From Klebsormidium nitens (lineage: Eukaryota; Plantae; Klebsormidiophyceae), in assembly GCA_000708835.1 (NCBI GenBank), contig DF237199.1, positions 1 through 64,000 on the forward strand: a stretch of DNA of 64,000 bases. The letters are read 5' to 3'. The translations under genes and the position numbers were made by a program. This document shows, one piece after another, positions 10,293 to 23,300 of this stretch (its first letter is position 1; each line of letters opens with the position of its first letter). A model generated the notes under the pieces. That model had not been told where the DNA came from, made no database searches, and saw only the letters and a program-made list of their open reading frames with translations.

Positions 10293-13200
10293 ATGGCAAG
10301 CAGAGCCTACTATCAATATTTACAAAGATTCACAGTGCAAGGTTTGGAAGAAAAAGTTGTGTCGCAAAAAGCTTTGCAGAGTGCTTTCAATCAGCTTCAT
10401 CTTGCACCAATTCTGCATTTAGGTTCTGAGACAAAGCGGTTCTCTGCAAAGGGTGGTGGCATAAGTGAAACGTCTAGATTACTGCCCCCAGCATTGTGCT
10501 TGCATCAACAAGAATGCATAGGGTGCAGACGAGTATCAACTAGGGCTGTAGCTGAAGGTCTGGAGTCAGTGGGTGGTGCACATTTGGACTTACAAGGTAG
10601 CAGCTTTCAAGAGGGAGACGAGCAGCGGTGGGTGCACTTTATAGGCATTGGGGGAAGCGGCCTGTCGGCGCTTGCCCTGGTTGCGTCTAGGCAGGTGGGT
10701 GTTCTTTTGCGAGGTCGCATCTACAAGATTATCTGAACTCTTCAATTCTACATTCATTTGCCAGTCTGTCTGAAAACCCTTCAATCGTGCCATTGAGAAG
10801 GTCGTTAGAGACTCGCTTGTGATTTGACCTTTTGCTTGCAGTTATTTCCCCACTTTAAGAAAAGCATCCCGGCCTCAATGCAAGCAACAAGTACAACACT
10901 CATTATACTTGGTTTGTTTCTGTGTCTGCCTTCCTTTCTTTCAACTTTGGAACATAGTTTAAAAAGGTTTTTTGCAACTGTAGCTAGTCTGCGAAAGAGG
11001 AATTTTCAAATAGAAAGAATTGACTCCCCTCGTTGTGCAGGGATGGAAAGTGACTGGCTCAGATCTGGCTGAGAGTCAGATGCTTATCAGCGTGAGGGAG
11101 GCTGGCATCACTGCGCATGTGGGTCATTCTGCAGACCACATTACAGATGCAGCACGTCCTGATGTGGTGGTCGTCTCTAGCGCCATCCCTGATGAAAACC
11201 CCGAAATCAAAAGGGCCAAAGAGCTGGGAGTCCAAGTGTAAGGGGCCACCAACATTTCTCCGGTTCGTCTGTCCATGATATTCCATTGACGGGACCATAA
11301 GGAACACATTGATTCTCTCTTCGTCTGGGTCGAGCTAGCGGTCAAATGATGATGACAATGGACTCGTTGCTTTCCTTTCAGGAGACAAGTGTCAACTGCT
11401 TTTGTATGGACGACCCTGTCTTTAGGGAGAACGCAAGACCCTGCAAGTTAAGCATTGCCCTGACGTTTTTTCATAGTTGATTCAAGAGTCAGAGTTGCAT
11501 AATTGGAACACATTCTTCCATGTATTTCTGGTGCAGATGCAAGCGCAGTGAGTGGCTGGGCCTTCTTACAGCGCCGTACAAGCTGCTGGCCGTTGCAGGG
11601 AGTCACGGTAAGCACAGAGCCGCTCGGGTTGAAGGTCATACAAGATTGCATGGCAGGGGCCTGCTGGCAGGAATGTGAAGCATCAATTATCTGCTCTCCA
11701 CAATCTCAAGACAAAGGTTCGGCAGTGCACCACTTCCCCAGCCTTTGTATCCAAATCGCTGGATCTTACGCAGGCAAGACGTCGACCAGTGCCATGCTGG
11801 CAGTTGCTTTGAGGAGCCTGGGCAAGGACGTGACAGCGGTCATTGGAGGAGAGGTGTTCCAGGTAAGGACATTTTGCCCCAAATGAATCCGGATGCACAA
11901 GAGCACCTGGAGCACGTGTGCTAGCACACCCAGGAAGGATGCCTTGGCCAATATGCTGCTGATGACTTCCGCTGATGAAGGCACTGAGGAGGCCCGCCGC
12001 TGTCTGCCTGTCTCGGAGCCTTCCGTAGCTCACTGTGTTCATTGCTTGTGCAGTTTCCAAATGAAGCGAATGCAGTGATTGGCAGCAGCGACGTCTTCGT
12101 TCTTGAGGTGGGTGCTTTCACGATCATCATCACTAAGCTACACGTCTTTATAGCTCTGGAGCTTCTCCCTTGATGCGGAGTCTCTGGGATTGGCTGTGAC
12201 CGCACCTTGGACTGGTCCTGAAATGCTTGTGAAGCGAGACTCTGTTACGCATCTGTTGACATGCGTACACCCGTTTTTCCTTTCACTGCAGTCCGACGAG
12301 TATGACGGTGCGTTTCTGGACCTGCGGCCTCGGATTGCGGTGGTCACAAACGTGGAGTGGGAGCACGTGGACATCTTCCCGGACGAGGTGAGGCGCAGCT
12401 TGGAAGAAACCTGCCTTTGCGCTCCAAAGAAGCGACTCTTTATTGTGCTTGTGAGCTGCAGATGGGCGGCTGATGGGGGCCTCGCAGAGAAGCAACCCGA
12501 AGCTCTGCAGAGCATCTGGTAGTGCATTGCACGATAGATTCGCGTCTCAAGGAACTGATGTGAACGAGAGTACATGTTGGATCGGTTCTTTGGTTGTTGA
12601 GGTGCGATGGTATGACGACCTACTTGAAGAGGTCCTTCTGACAGCCACCTCGCTTGCGTGTAGGAGTCTGTCCGCACAATCTTCAGGAGTTTCGTTCAAA
12701 CGCTGAGGCCTGGAGGCGTCCTTCTTCTGTGCAATGAAAAGTAAGTGCCGGAAGAATGTGCGATCGTGGATCAGAGGCGAAGCTCATCTGCATTTTAGGT
12801 TATATACCACACGTCAGCCGTTTGAAAGATGGAGCAGGTCCAAACTCAAAAGGAGAGTATAAACGAAGCAACCCCATAATGGTTTGCCCCTGAGCTGCGG
12901 GTTCCTTGCAAAGCTTTCCTTTGACTTCGTAGCTAAACAGTCTTTCGAAAGCCGGCTCTTTCTAGGTGTTCGAAACTTTTGTGCTTGTGTATCAGCTGCT
13001 ATCAGCCAAGGACTGGGGCTTAGGACGGCTCAATAGCGGCTTCTTCATGACGATGCATTGCCACCACGGTGGGCACATCACTCACCGCAAGCAAGCTCGC
13101 TCACTGACGTGCTTTCACTCCGCTTGACTCTTCTTAATCGGCGCTCCTTGGTTCCCGCAGCCCGGGCTCCCAAACTCTTCTCGACGCATACCTTGACGAC

Positions 13201-15617
13201 CGGCCCTCCCTGCGCCGTCAGATCTTCACCTACGGGCTGGGGCCTTCATCCGACTTCCGGGCTGAGGAGCTGCGGGCCAATGCGCGCGGCGGCACCAACT
13301 TCGCGGTGACCTACTGCGGACGGCCCCTCGCTGACGTCAGCCTCGGCTTCGCCGGCACACACATGGTGCTCAACGCTCTGGCGGTAAGCGCGTACTGCGA
13401 GCTGGTAGTACTGGTCTTGCGAGGAAACGGGAGCGGTCTGACCAGTTTGTTGTAGATTGTGCGTAACGAACCTGCAGATGGCTGTCCTGTTATGCAAGTC
13501 TTTTTTTGGTCTTCTGCAACGAGCATAATCATCTTTCGAGAGAAGAAAACAGGGGCAAGTTTTGACTTCGTTTACATGCCTGTCAGTTCCGCTCGAGAAA
13601 ATGTCGACAACTTCTCTCGAACACATTTTGAAGCTGCTCGCAGGGTGATAAAGCTTGCGTGGTTTGTCAATCAGATACCTTTGAAAGTTCTTGTTTTCCT
13701 GGCAAGAAGCCTGAGCGGAAGACCGACCACAGACTACTGCCATCACTAGAACCTCCTCTGCTTCTCTCACCGCACGCTCGATGGTATCTGCAGGTGCTGG
13801 CTTTGGTAGTTCTTCATATCAACGAGGCCCGGCCACGCTCCGCCCACGCGCGTCTGGACACCTCTGTGGTGCGGGCGGCTCGGCAGGCGGCCCAGGCGCT
13901 TGGCACCTTCCAAGGTGTGAAAAGGCGCTTCGAGCTGGTCGGGGAGGTCCCGGGTTTGAAGGTTTATGACGACTACGCGCACCACCCGACGGAGGTTCGG
14001 GCAACTTTGCAAGCGGCCAGGCAAAAGTTCCCCAACAAGAAAATATGGGTCGTCTTCCAACCGCATACTTACAGGTGCGAGCTTCCTACTCTGTCTGTGT
14101 TGTTCGTAGGATTCATTTGCGGACATGGTCCATAAAACAGGAGTGCTCGGCATCTGTCGTCGATCAAGATTGAGAGCGACCATTCCTTCGATACTGAGCT
14201 CGTTTTCCTTTTCGAGCTTTCTGATGACCATTGAGGAAGTGCGGGCTAGTCTGGCTCGGTTCCCTACTCCGCAGCTCAGCGATGGCTCGGCGCGGTCTCC
14301 GCTTGTCGCCTCTTCCGCGAATTCCCCTGCTAGTCTCATACTGACAGCTCATATATCGGCTGTGGCTCGTGCAGCCGCTTGGCCAAACTGCTCCCTGACT
14401 TCGCCCCCGCATTCACCCAAGCTGACCGGGTGATCGTTACTGAGGTTAGGGCCTCGGTACTCCTTCATTGCCGCTCACACGACGGCCTTTGACTTCCACT
14501 TAGTCCATATTCGCGGACGTTGTTCCTCACTATCTTCAGTTTTGCTTCTCACAATGTTGAAGAACCTCGGAAAATAGAGAGTGACATCTCCGAGTTTCCA
14601 TGATTCAAGCCAGTCCAAATGTGGCGTGCTCAAAGGCCGCGTGCAGAGACTCTTCACTGACTTCTTGACCGGCATGCTTCTTCCCTCCCATTGGGGGCTG
14701 GTCAGCTGGAAGGCTGTTGTGGCACCTGGGGATCATACTGTCTTCCCCGGATAAAGGGCTGATATTGGGTGCTCGACTTGCCCAGTTGCTCCTGGTAGGA
14801 CAGTGCAGGGGCGTTCTTAATGACTCGCTGTAGTATAGCGGGGTTACTCGTCGGCGGGCTTAACGCTACCCCGCTTTTCCCGCAGGTTTACTCTGCCCGA
14901 GAGAAGAACGTCTTTGGCGTGTCGGGCAAGGATCTGGCGACTTCCATCAAGGGTGTCAGGGCGACATTCATTGCAGAGCTGGTGAGAGTGCCTGGGAGCA
15001 AGCTTTGGTCTTGGTGGGGAACATTGCTTGTAAATGGCTTGGAGAACTTGTCGTTGGTAAGCAAAGCGGTCGTGCTTGCAGCTATGCATCTCGCTGGTGT
15101 CTCAATTTTTGCTCGCTGCACTTCATGGCAGTGGACCTTTGAAATCAGTCTGGTAGAGGTACGAGACTTGGTCAGGAGATTTGGTATAGCAAGATGCTTT
15201 ATTCACACGCTTTAATCCGGATGCAACATCGCATGTTGACTCGAAAACGTTTGCTGGCAAAAGTCTGTCGGCGCTGCCTGAGACACGTAGGCTCCTTACG
15301 GCGGTTTTTTATTTTCTTTGGACGACTCACACTCTGGCTCGAAAAGGAGTTACTTGGCGTCTTGAGTTAGCAGCCTCAAGAAGTGATTTTGCCAAGCAAC
15401 GTCTGGAATCGTTTGGACACACCTGTACCATGGAGCTTGCAGCTAAGCCCTCTCTCTTGAAACACAGGATGACGTCGTTCAACGACTTGCCAGCGATGTT
15501 CTCAATCGGGACCTTGACGAGGATAATATTATTCTGCTTAATCTAGGAGCCGGAGACATCACAAGGGTCGGTCCTCGTGTATTGAGTGACTTGACGCGGA
15601 GTCTACGATTAGGTTAA
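10293..15617 (+). CDS. murC: UDP-N-acetylmuramate--L-alanine ligase, with N-terminal organellar (probably plastid) targeting extension
   Basis: 12 exons: 10293-10694, 11041-11237, 11537-11607, 11774-11862, 12054-12107, 12292-12387, 12664-12740, 13161-13383, 13794-14074, 14375-14444, 14886-14981, 15468-15617. Motifs [73 protein letters not shown] and GAGDI. Confidence 0.97.
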
Positions 15618-17323
15618 GGCAGCCAAATTCGGGCGAAGCGCAATCTTGCAACATCAACGATCACCTGTGGTCAAAGATAATTGCGCTCACAGGAGTTCGC
15701 GTATACCACCCTGAAACAGAGAAACAAGACGATAGAGCATAGGCTATTGATCCCGAGAATGATGGGAGCACTAGCGATCAGAAGTTACGGATTGACCTTC
15801 GCAATCGGCTTTCGAATGTGAGCTGCACACGCCCCTCTACACTGCATGCAGCTAATGCTGATTCGTTTTGGCAATATGTTCAAGGATTTTAGCCGTTGGT
15901 CAGCAGCTTCAGTCATCGAATACATACAATGATCATGTTATGAAGCCCGTCACTACCACAGCATCTACGCTTTATTGAGTGCGTACTAAGACTGGCGGGT
16001 TTGGGGCCATCTTTTCACATAGGACCATCAAGCCATGAGTTCAATCGATATCTGCATGCGCAGGGTTTTAGGCCGGTACGTCACGCAAGGTCAAATTGAG
16101 CAAGGGCCTGAAGAGTGGCGATGACTCATGTTCTTTTTTCACGTTGACACCGTACTCGCAACATGAGCGCGGCCACTTGTGCGGCGGCGTCTTACACGGC
16201 ACCGCTACGGCGCGACGCGCGGCTATAGGTATTTCCCGGGCCGAGGTTTGACCTCGACCGGCGGCCGCTCGACGTGCGACCTACAAATTACGTAATTTAT
16301 CGACCTACATAGACCTCCGCAAAATCGGTATAACCTCGGCCAGATCGAGGTACCACGGTGCAATTATCGAGAGTACACTGCACTGTGAACTCGTACCCGA
16401 GTGCCGTACGGTGCCAACCGTAAATCAGGTACCGGCCGAGTTACACAATTGTCAGACTCCGAGTATCGCGTACCGTCGATTGAATTTCTGCGGGCATCAT
16501 CGACGGTTTGCGGTGGCTGCCTAATTTGGCAATGGGCTCCAAAAGGCCCCATTCCAGGCTGAGATGCATTGACTGCAAACTATGTAATGTTGCACCGTCC
16601 AAATAACGGGGCCTAGGAGTCATGAGGAAGACGATCCATGAATTTCCTTCCGCAACTTGGCGCTTCACACCAAGCAAGAGGCCACCATGGCCATGGCTTC
16701 CAATACCTCTCGTGATGGAAGGCGGGGAAAAGGGCGATAAATTAGAAAGTTGCAACTTGATATTTAGGCCTTGGACTAGCTCCAACCAAGCGGACACCCC
16801 TGCCTTCTCTCATATTTGCATGTTATTTAGCTCTCTACTTGGCTCCATTTTAGAGGCAAAAGTCGAGGTTTTGTGTCCAGTGAGTATAGGGTGAGGTGAA
16901 CAGTACAGTGATGTGAAAGCAACATCAGATTGCATTGCCATAGCTGAGGGAGCAGCTTTTGACGATTCACTGTACGCTGTGCATTGCTCTGCGAGAAAGC
17001 TACTATGTAGTGGTACAGAATGTGGTGCCCCTGTCCTTGAAGCACTGTTGCTCAGTTGATGGTGACGGGAAATCAACAACCTTCTGCGGCATTTCTTCTG
17101 CTGGGCTCAACGTCAGGGGAGCTCGTTGCGGTGAACTTGGTCGGCGTTGCCTGTTTTGACGCAAGCACTGTTGTGAGAGGAGGAGGAGGCACCCCTCTTG
17201 TAGATGTTGTGCATATGACCACCTTCTGAAGCAGTCTGCTTCTCATCGCTGCATGCCTGGTCACTGCTACTCTGACTGTCTAACTGCACCCTCCAGGGCG
17301 TTCCGCTCTCCTGTCTCTTTGTG

Positions 17324-20300
17324 ATGGCGGGGGAGCAAGGGCGTCCGCGTGTGTACTCTCTGGAGGAGAGCAGTCACAGTGACACAGTCGCAGAGAGGCC
17401 AGCGCAGCTGCGCAGGTCCCCGCGGTTGGCAGCGCCGGCGCTTCCGAGGCAGGGGGTGTCAGAGAGCCAGGGATCAGAGAGGAAAAGAGTCCCTAGCCCT
17501 AAAGCCTCGTCCAAGGTTTTCAAAAAGCCTGGTCCTCCCAGCCAGAAATCCTCTGGGCAGCATGGGGCCGTGAAGTCGCCACAGCAGAGAGATTCTCCAA
17601 AAAAGGGGTCACCCAGGCAAACACCCCCGCAGAAAGCATCCCCCAGAAGGAAAAACAAGGTGGAGAACAGTCTGATCAGCGCAGGCAAGCGGACAGGTGG
17701 TAGGAAGCGGCAGGGCAGAAGGGGTTCCGGAAATGAAAGCGAGGACTCAATCAAAAGTTCGGAAGTGGATAGATTTATTGGAAGGATGCCGGCGCAGCCG
17801 CTGGATGCCCCCAGCAGCGAGAGCGAACTAGAGGGGGCCCTGTCATGGCCAGTCCCTGTGGGTATCCCGATCCCAGGACCTGAGAGGGTGGTGGTGTCCG
17901 TCCCTGACTTCCCCAGTCTCCACAACATGTGCCTCAAGCCCGGTCCTGGTGTGGAGCCGATTGGATTGGGAAACGAAGAAGTTGCGTTTGTCCCCCGGAG
18001 GGGTGCGGTGGAAGGGGCTCCGCAGGGGGGGCAGGCCGGGGTGCCTGAAGTTGAGGCTGGGGCCCCTGCGCCAATGGTTGGGACTCCCAAGCGGCCAGTC
18101 ACGTACACGTTGGACAGGAAGTTCCCCAAAAACGCTTCTCCTAAGTGCGACAGTTGCCGGAAAAGCAAAGCGTCCTTCGACACCTGCAGCAGGCGGGGCC
18201 ACCCGCTGGCCTTCTTCGTCCTTGCCCCCTCCCATGAGAGAGCACGCTTCTTGGAGGTCTTTGGCAAGCACTTTGAGAATGGGTTCTTCCCATCACAGGA
18301 GCCCCTGACCGTGATGAGGGCGAACGCAGTGGGGGAGGCTCCGAGCGGACGAGACGCCTCGGATGAGGACCCCGACGCTGCCGATGTGTCTGGTTCAGAC
18401 AGGGGTTCAGAGTCGGATGCAGAGTCGAAAGATTGGGTGTCCAATTCAGACAGCGAGTGGGCCGCCCAACACCCCAGCCAGATTGAGAGGGATCGAGCCA
18501 GGCGTTATGCAGAGCGGCGGCGCAGGCGCACCTTGCGACACTCCCAGGCAGCGGATCCGCCAGTCCAACCCCACAACGCTGAGAGTAACCCTGCAGGCGA
18601 GTTTAGTGATGATGCCGGTGGTTTTCATCCTGAGGAAGAGGGGCCAGCGGCTAAGGAACAGGGGCAAGGGGGCCTCCACGAAAGCAATCATGCGGCCGGT
18701 GGGGAGGAGATTGTAGGACCAGATGTGCTGGTGCAAGCGCCAAGGTGGGCGCATGCGCACATCGTCGCCTCCTATGACGGCGAGCGTCCGGATATAGGCC
18801 GCAGGAGCCAGCTGCTGTTGCATCGGAAGGCTTCAGATGACAGCGAGTCGGCCAGTGACTGGGGCCCTGATGGCGACACGTCGTCCGATGAGGAGCGGGC
18901 TGGGGAGCAGGCAGGGGTCCAGGAAGGCGGGCGGGAAACAGAGGCGAGATCTCAGAACGTCCCCGAGGGACTGCAAAGCCAGGAGGCGGCGGTTACGGAC
19001 GGGGTGGACCTAGACGAGGTAGTCCCGGAGACGGAGGAGGAGGAGCCTCGACCTGCTGAAAGTGGCGGTGAAAGAGTTGCTGGGCCTCTGGGGGAGGCGC
19101 CTGCAGACTTGCCAGTTGCAAACGGGCAGCCACTGGAGGGCGCGGAAGCTGATTCAGAGGCCACTCAAGATGCCGTTCCAGGGGATCGGTAAGCAAAGCT
19201 TCTGTTTCTCAAGATGAGGAATGGAGCACACCACCAAGCTCAGAAGAGGCAACTTGGTGATGAAACTTAGCAGCGTTGTATCTTGCCATTCATGCCGAGT
19301 CCAGGAACACGCTTCCAGGTGCATTTTGTTTCCCTGCGTGGTTTTGACAGTCCACTCTTTGAGGTCCTTTTCACTTCTGACTTTCTCTTAAGATTCTCTT
19401 GAAGAATATTCTAGAACCTTTAAAGAGTTTGTTGCCATATTCCCTTCAATGCTACAAATTGCACAAAGGTTTCTTTCCAGGGGCCCCAGTCTGGTACACG
19501 TGTCTTCTGAATCTCTTCGAGCTGCTCGCCTGTGTTCTTTTTGTCTCGTGCTGTAGAAGATAGATCTTCTGTTTGCTTTGGGGTGTTGAGCTGAAGCGCC
19601 AAATTCGCTCTTCTGGCAGCCAAGGTTAGGACATGGCTGATGTCGTCAAAACATTTCTATGCACCAAAATAACTTGGGACCTCGGTTTGAAATTTACTCC
19701 GCATTATCGTTTATCGCAAACGAATAGGCTGTTACAAATTTGGTTAATCATGCAACGAAAGGAATGTCTATGCAAAGAAGTAGCAGCATACCATTCTGCT
19801 AACATAACCTGGATGATCCTGCAGGTATGGTCCGTTGAGGTCGCCGGTGCGCGCGCCACGAGCAGGCACTGTGCCTGCTGCCAATGGCAACGGCCACGGA
19901 GGAAGCTTACCAGCACAGTCCTCAGAAGGAACGGAGTCGGACGAGCGACCGCGGTGGAGGAATATCATGAGAGCACCGCGTGGGGACGATCTGGAGGAGG
20001 AGCCTTCAGCTGGGGAAAAGAGGTCCCAGCAGAGTGCAAAACCAGGCGGATCGAACGGCCCTGCTGAGGTGAGAGGTGCCCCCAGTTTATTTGCCCCTGA
20101 GCAGGTGGGAAACGAGAACCAGGGGCGGGGGATGGCGGCGCTAGTTGGGCCTGACAGCACAACAGTGGACGAAGGGGCGCAAGGACCTGCGCACTTGGAG
20201 GGGGAGCCAGCAGTTGACAGCCCTGGGGTGGCTGCAGGGAACAGGGGTGCTGGCTGGAGGGGTAGAAGGGTGGTTCATCAGTCAAGGCCTGTCAGCCCAG

Positions 20301-23300
20301 TTGCGGCCGCAAAGCCCTCAGTAGAGCAAGGCCGGGAGAATGATGAAGAGGGGGCGTCCTCTGGTGGGTCGGAAGAGATCCATGGAAGGAGAGGGAGCGA
20401 CCGCAGGCAATTTGGGAAAGTGGAAAGAGTTCGAGGGAAAGCGCGGGCTGGCGGAGGAAACCGGGTTGGGCAGGACGCCGTACTGGAAAAAGCTGCGGCG
20501 GCAGGCGAAAGGGAGGGCGGTGCTTTGAAAGAGGGAGCCTCAGACAGCGGCGAAGAGTTTGGGGAAAGGGTTTCAGACGGAGGAGGAGAAGGGCAGCCGA
20601 GAGAAGAGGACCAAGAGGTGACAGGGGCGGGACACCTTGAGGAGGGCAGGGAGAAGGAGAAGGAGCCACCTGGAGGAAACTCAGCCGAGCAGAGGTCAAG
20701 CGAAGAGAAGTCTGGGGACGAAGAGGAGTCGGCTGCAGAGGGTCAGCCGGGCCGCAGCGCGCGTGTTGAAGTCCCGGGTGCGGCTGCGGGGCAGCATGCG
20801 GAAGTGGGGGCAACACCGGGGGTACTTGCCAGACAGGAACCAAGTACTCCCTTTCACGCGGAAGAAGACTCGGAACGGGTGCCTGACAGTGAAATAGAGT
20901 CCGAAAGGAGGCGTGCGCAGGCTGCTGGTGGGTTCTCTGAGAGTGAGGGGGGGAGTGAGGAGGTGCACTGTGGAACTCAAATTCCGGTGGCCAAGCGGGA
21001 GGCAGGCAGCGGGTCGAGTGAGGCGTCGGAGAACGAGGAGTCGGAGAGTACAGTGCAGGAGCCACACGGAAAGGGGCTGACGCTTGCAAGATCAGGTAGG
21101 ACACTTCGAGCTTTTTGATTTATTGAACTTCCGCAATTTGCATTTGGCTGAGGGCTCAAGGCCCAAAAGCTTTGTAACCAAGAGTTGCTTTGCGGGCTAG
21201 CACAAAAAATCGAGAGGATTGAACTTGTCGAGTTTCTCTAGCTTTCAAGTGGCACACTGCTTTGAGGTCCAGATAAACAGAAGGAGTCCCTGCAAAGTCG
21301 TGATATGTAACACCTGCAGGTTGCATCTTCCATTGTGTACGTCGAGGTGCTTGCATCCTGTTTGACTGCTTTTAGCCAGCATCTCGAACGCTGACACCCT
21401 CTTCCCGGAGCCAAAAGTGCTCGCAAATAAGTTGACTAGAAAGCAAGGGAGTAGCCCTCGTTTTGTCCTCTCTTGGAGCCTGAAAGAGAGCCTTATGCTG
21501 CTTCAGAGCAGATGTCGGATCGCAGCCTTAAAGTCGAGGGGGATTATAGATTTTGCATTTGCAGACCATGCACACGAACTCTCAGCTCCGATCCACCAAA
21601 ATCTGTGATGAGAGTGACTGATTATCCTTAGCACAAAAGGAAGTGGCTTGGCGCTCAAGGGGAGTCTCAAACCTTCTGGCTTTTTGCAAGCCGGACAGAA
21701 GCTGCATTCAAGGGCCGTTTGGAGCAACAGCTGACCCTGCTTCTCTTCACTGCAGAGGCCAGAAACGATGCCGCTACTGAGGATTTAGCGAACGACTCGG
21801 AAGGATCATCGGAAGAGAGCAGCGAAGAGGAGTCTGAAGACGAAGATGAGCCAGCTGCCGGAACAAAGACAGAGAGGCGGAGGGACGGGCTGCCAGGGGC
21901 AGCGAAAGAGCGGGATGCGCAGCAAAAGACGGCTCACCAGACGGACTCTGAAGAGTCAGAGGAGGGATGCAATAGCGACTCAGAGTCGATTGGACGGGGA
22001 GAGGTCCCTGCTGAGGCACCTGTGAAGAGGAGCGAGGCAGCGGGTCGCGCTGGGGGGTTGGGGGCTGGGGCGGAAGCACGAGGGGAGATGCAGAAGGCTG
22101 CGGACCAGTCAACTTCGGATGAAGAATACTCGTCTGACGACTCGGAGGGTGACGCGCCCCCTGCGCCAAAGGCGGAGGCTCAGGAAGGGGTACCGCAGGC
22201 GGGGAGTCGGGGCCTTCCTGAGGAGTCCAGCTCGGATGAGGAGTCGGACGATGGGGAAGACTCTTCTGACGAGGAGCTTAACGACCGGCCTTTGAAGCGG
22301 CCACGGCTAGAATCGACGTTGAATAGCGCACCATCGGGGCCGCAGGCACCTGCTCCGGGGGGGCGGGGAAGCGGCGAGGTCCAAAGGGCCCCGCCAGCCA
22401 GCAGCAGCTCTGGTTCCGGGGAGTCGGGATCGTCAGAAGGGGCCGGCTCGGATCGCAGCCCGGAAGGAGAGTCGGTGTCTCAGCCGGCTGGCGCAAAAGA
22501 TGGACCAACTGAGGAGGACGGGGATGATTCGGAGAGCAGTTCAGAGGAGAGCAGTTCAGAGGAGTTGAGTGAGGGAAGTGGGCCTGCGGAGGGCCCCGAA
22601 ACGGGGCGGGCTGATGCGAACGCTGCCCAAGTACAGGAAAGCGAACATGCACCGGAAGAATATGAGAGTTCAGAGTCCGTGTCGGAGTCCTCGGGGGACA
22701 GCAGCGAGCAGAACGAACGGACGGCGCCTGCAGACGCCCCGCGTAGAGTAGAGCACGCAACGGAAGAGGGTTCGGGTTCGGAGTCAGAGTCAGAGTCAGA
22801 GTCAGAGTCAGAGTCAGAGTCAGAGTCAGAGTCAGAGTCGGGCAGTTCGGAGCAGACGGGCGAAATTGCGCGCGCACGCAGTGTGCCTAGGACGGATGCA
22901 AAGTTAGTGGATACGGCAGAGGGGCCTGCATCGAAGGGGGAAGCGGATTCAGATGTATCAAGCTCGGAGTCCGGATCCGAGTCGTCAGAAGGGGATAGTT
23001 CAATGCAAGGCGAGGGAGCTGCGGGTGAGCGCCGTCAGTCTGATGCGCGAAGCGCGCCCGCAGCCAGTCAGGCGGTTGCGGCTGCAGGGAAAATCTCGGA
23101 GTCGGAGTCAGAGTCAGATTCGTCGGAAGAAGAAATTTCGGAGCAAACCGGGGCGAAAGCGGTTGGGAGTCGGTCGGCAGCCGGGGATGCTGCGGGGAAG
23201 AGGCAGGTTGAGGCCAGCAGAATAGAGGGGTCAGACTCAGACTCGGAGTACGAGTCCTTTGATGAGGGAATTGGTTCGAAAGGAGAGGAGCGGGGTGCAG

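Noticed and set aside
22781-22840. Regular GAGTCA array as a possible CRISPR or telomere-like repeat
   Set aside because: There are no spacers; it is an in-frame (Glu-Ser)n coding microsatellite.
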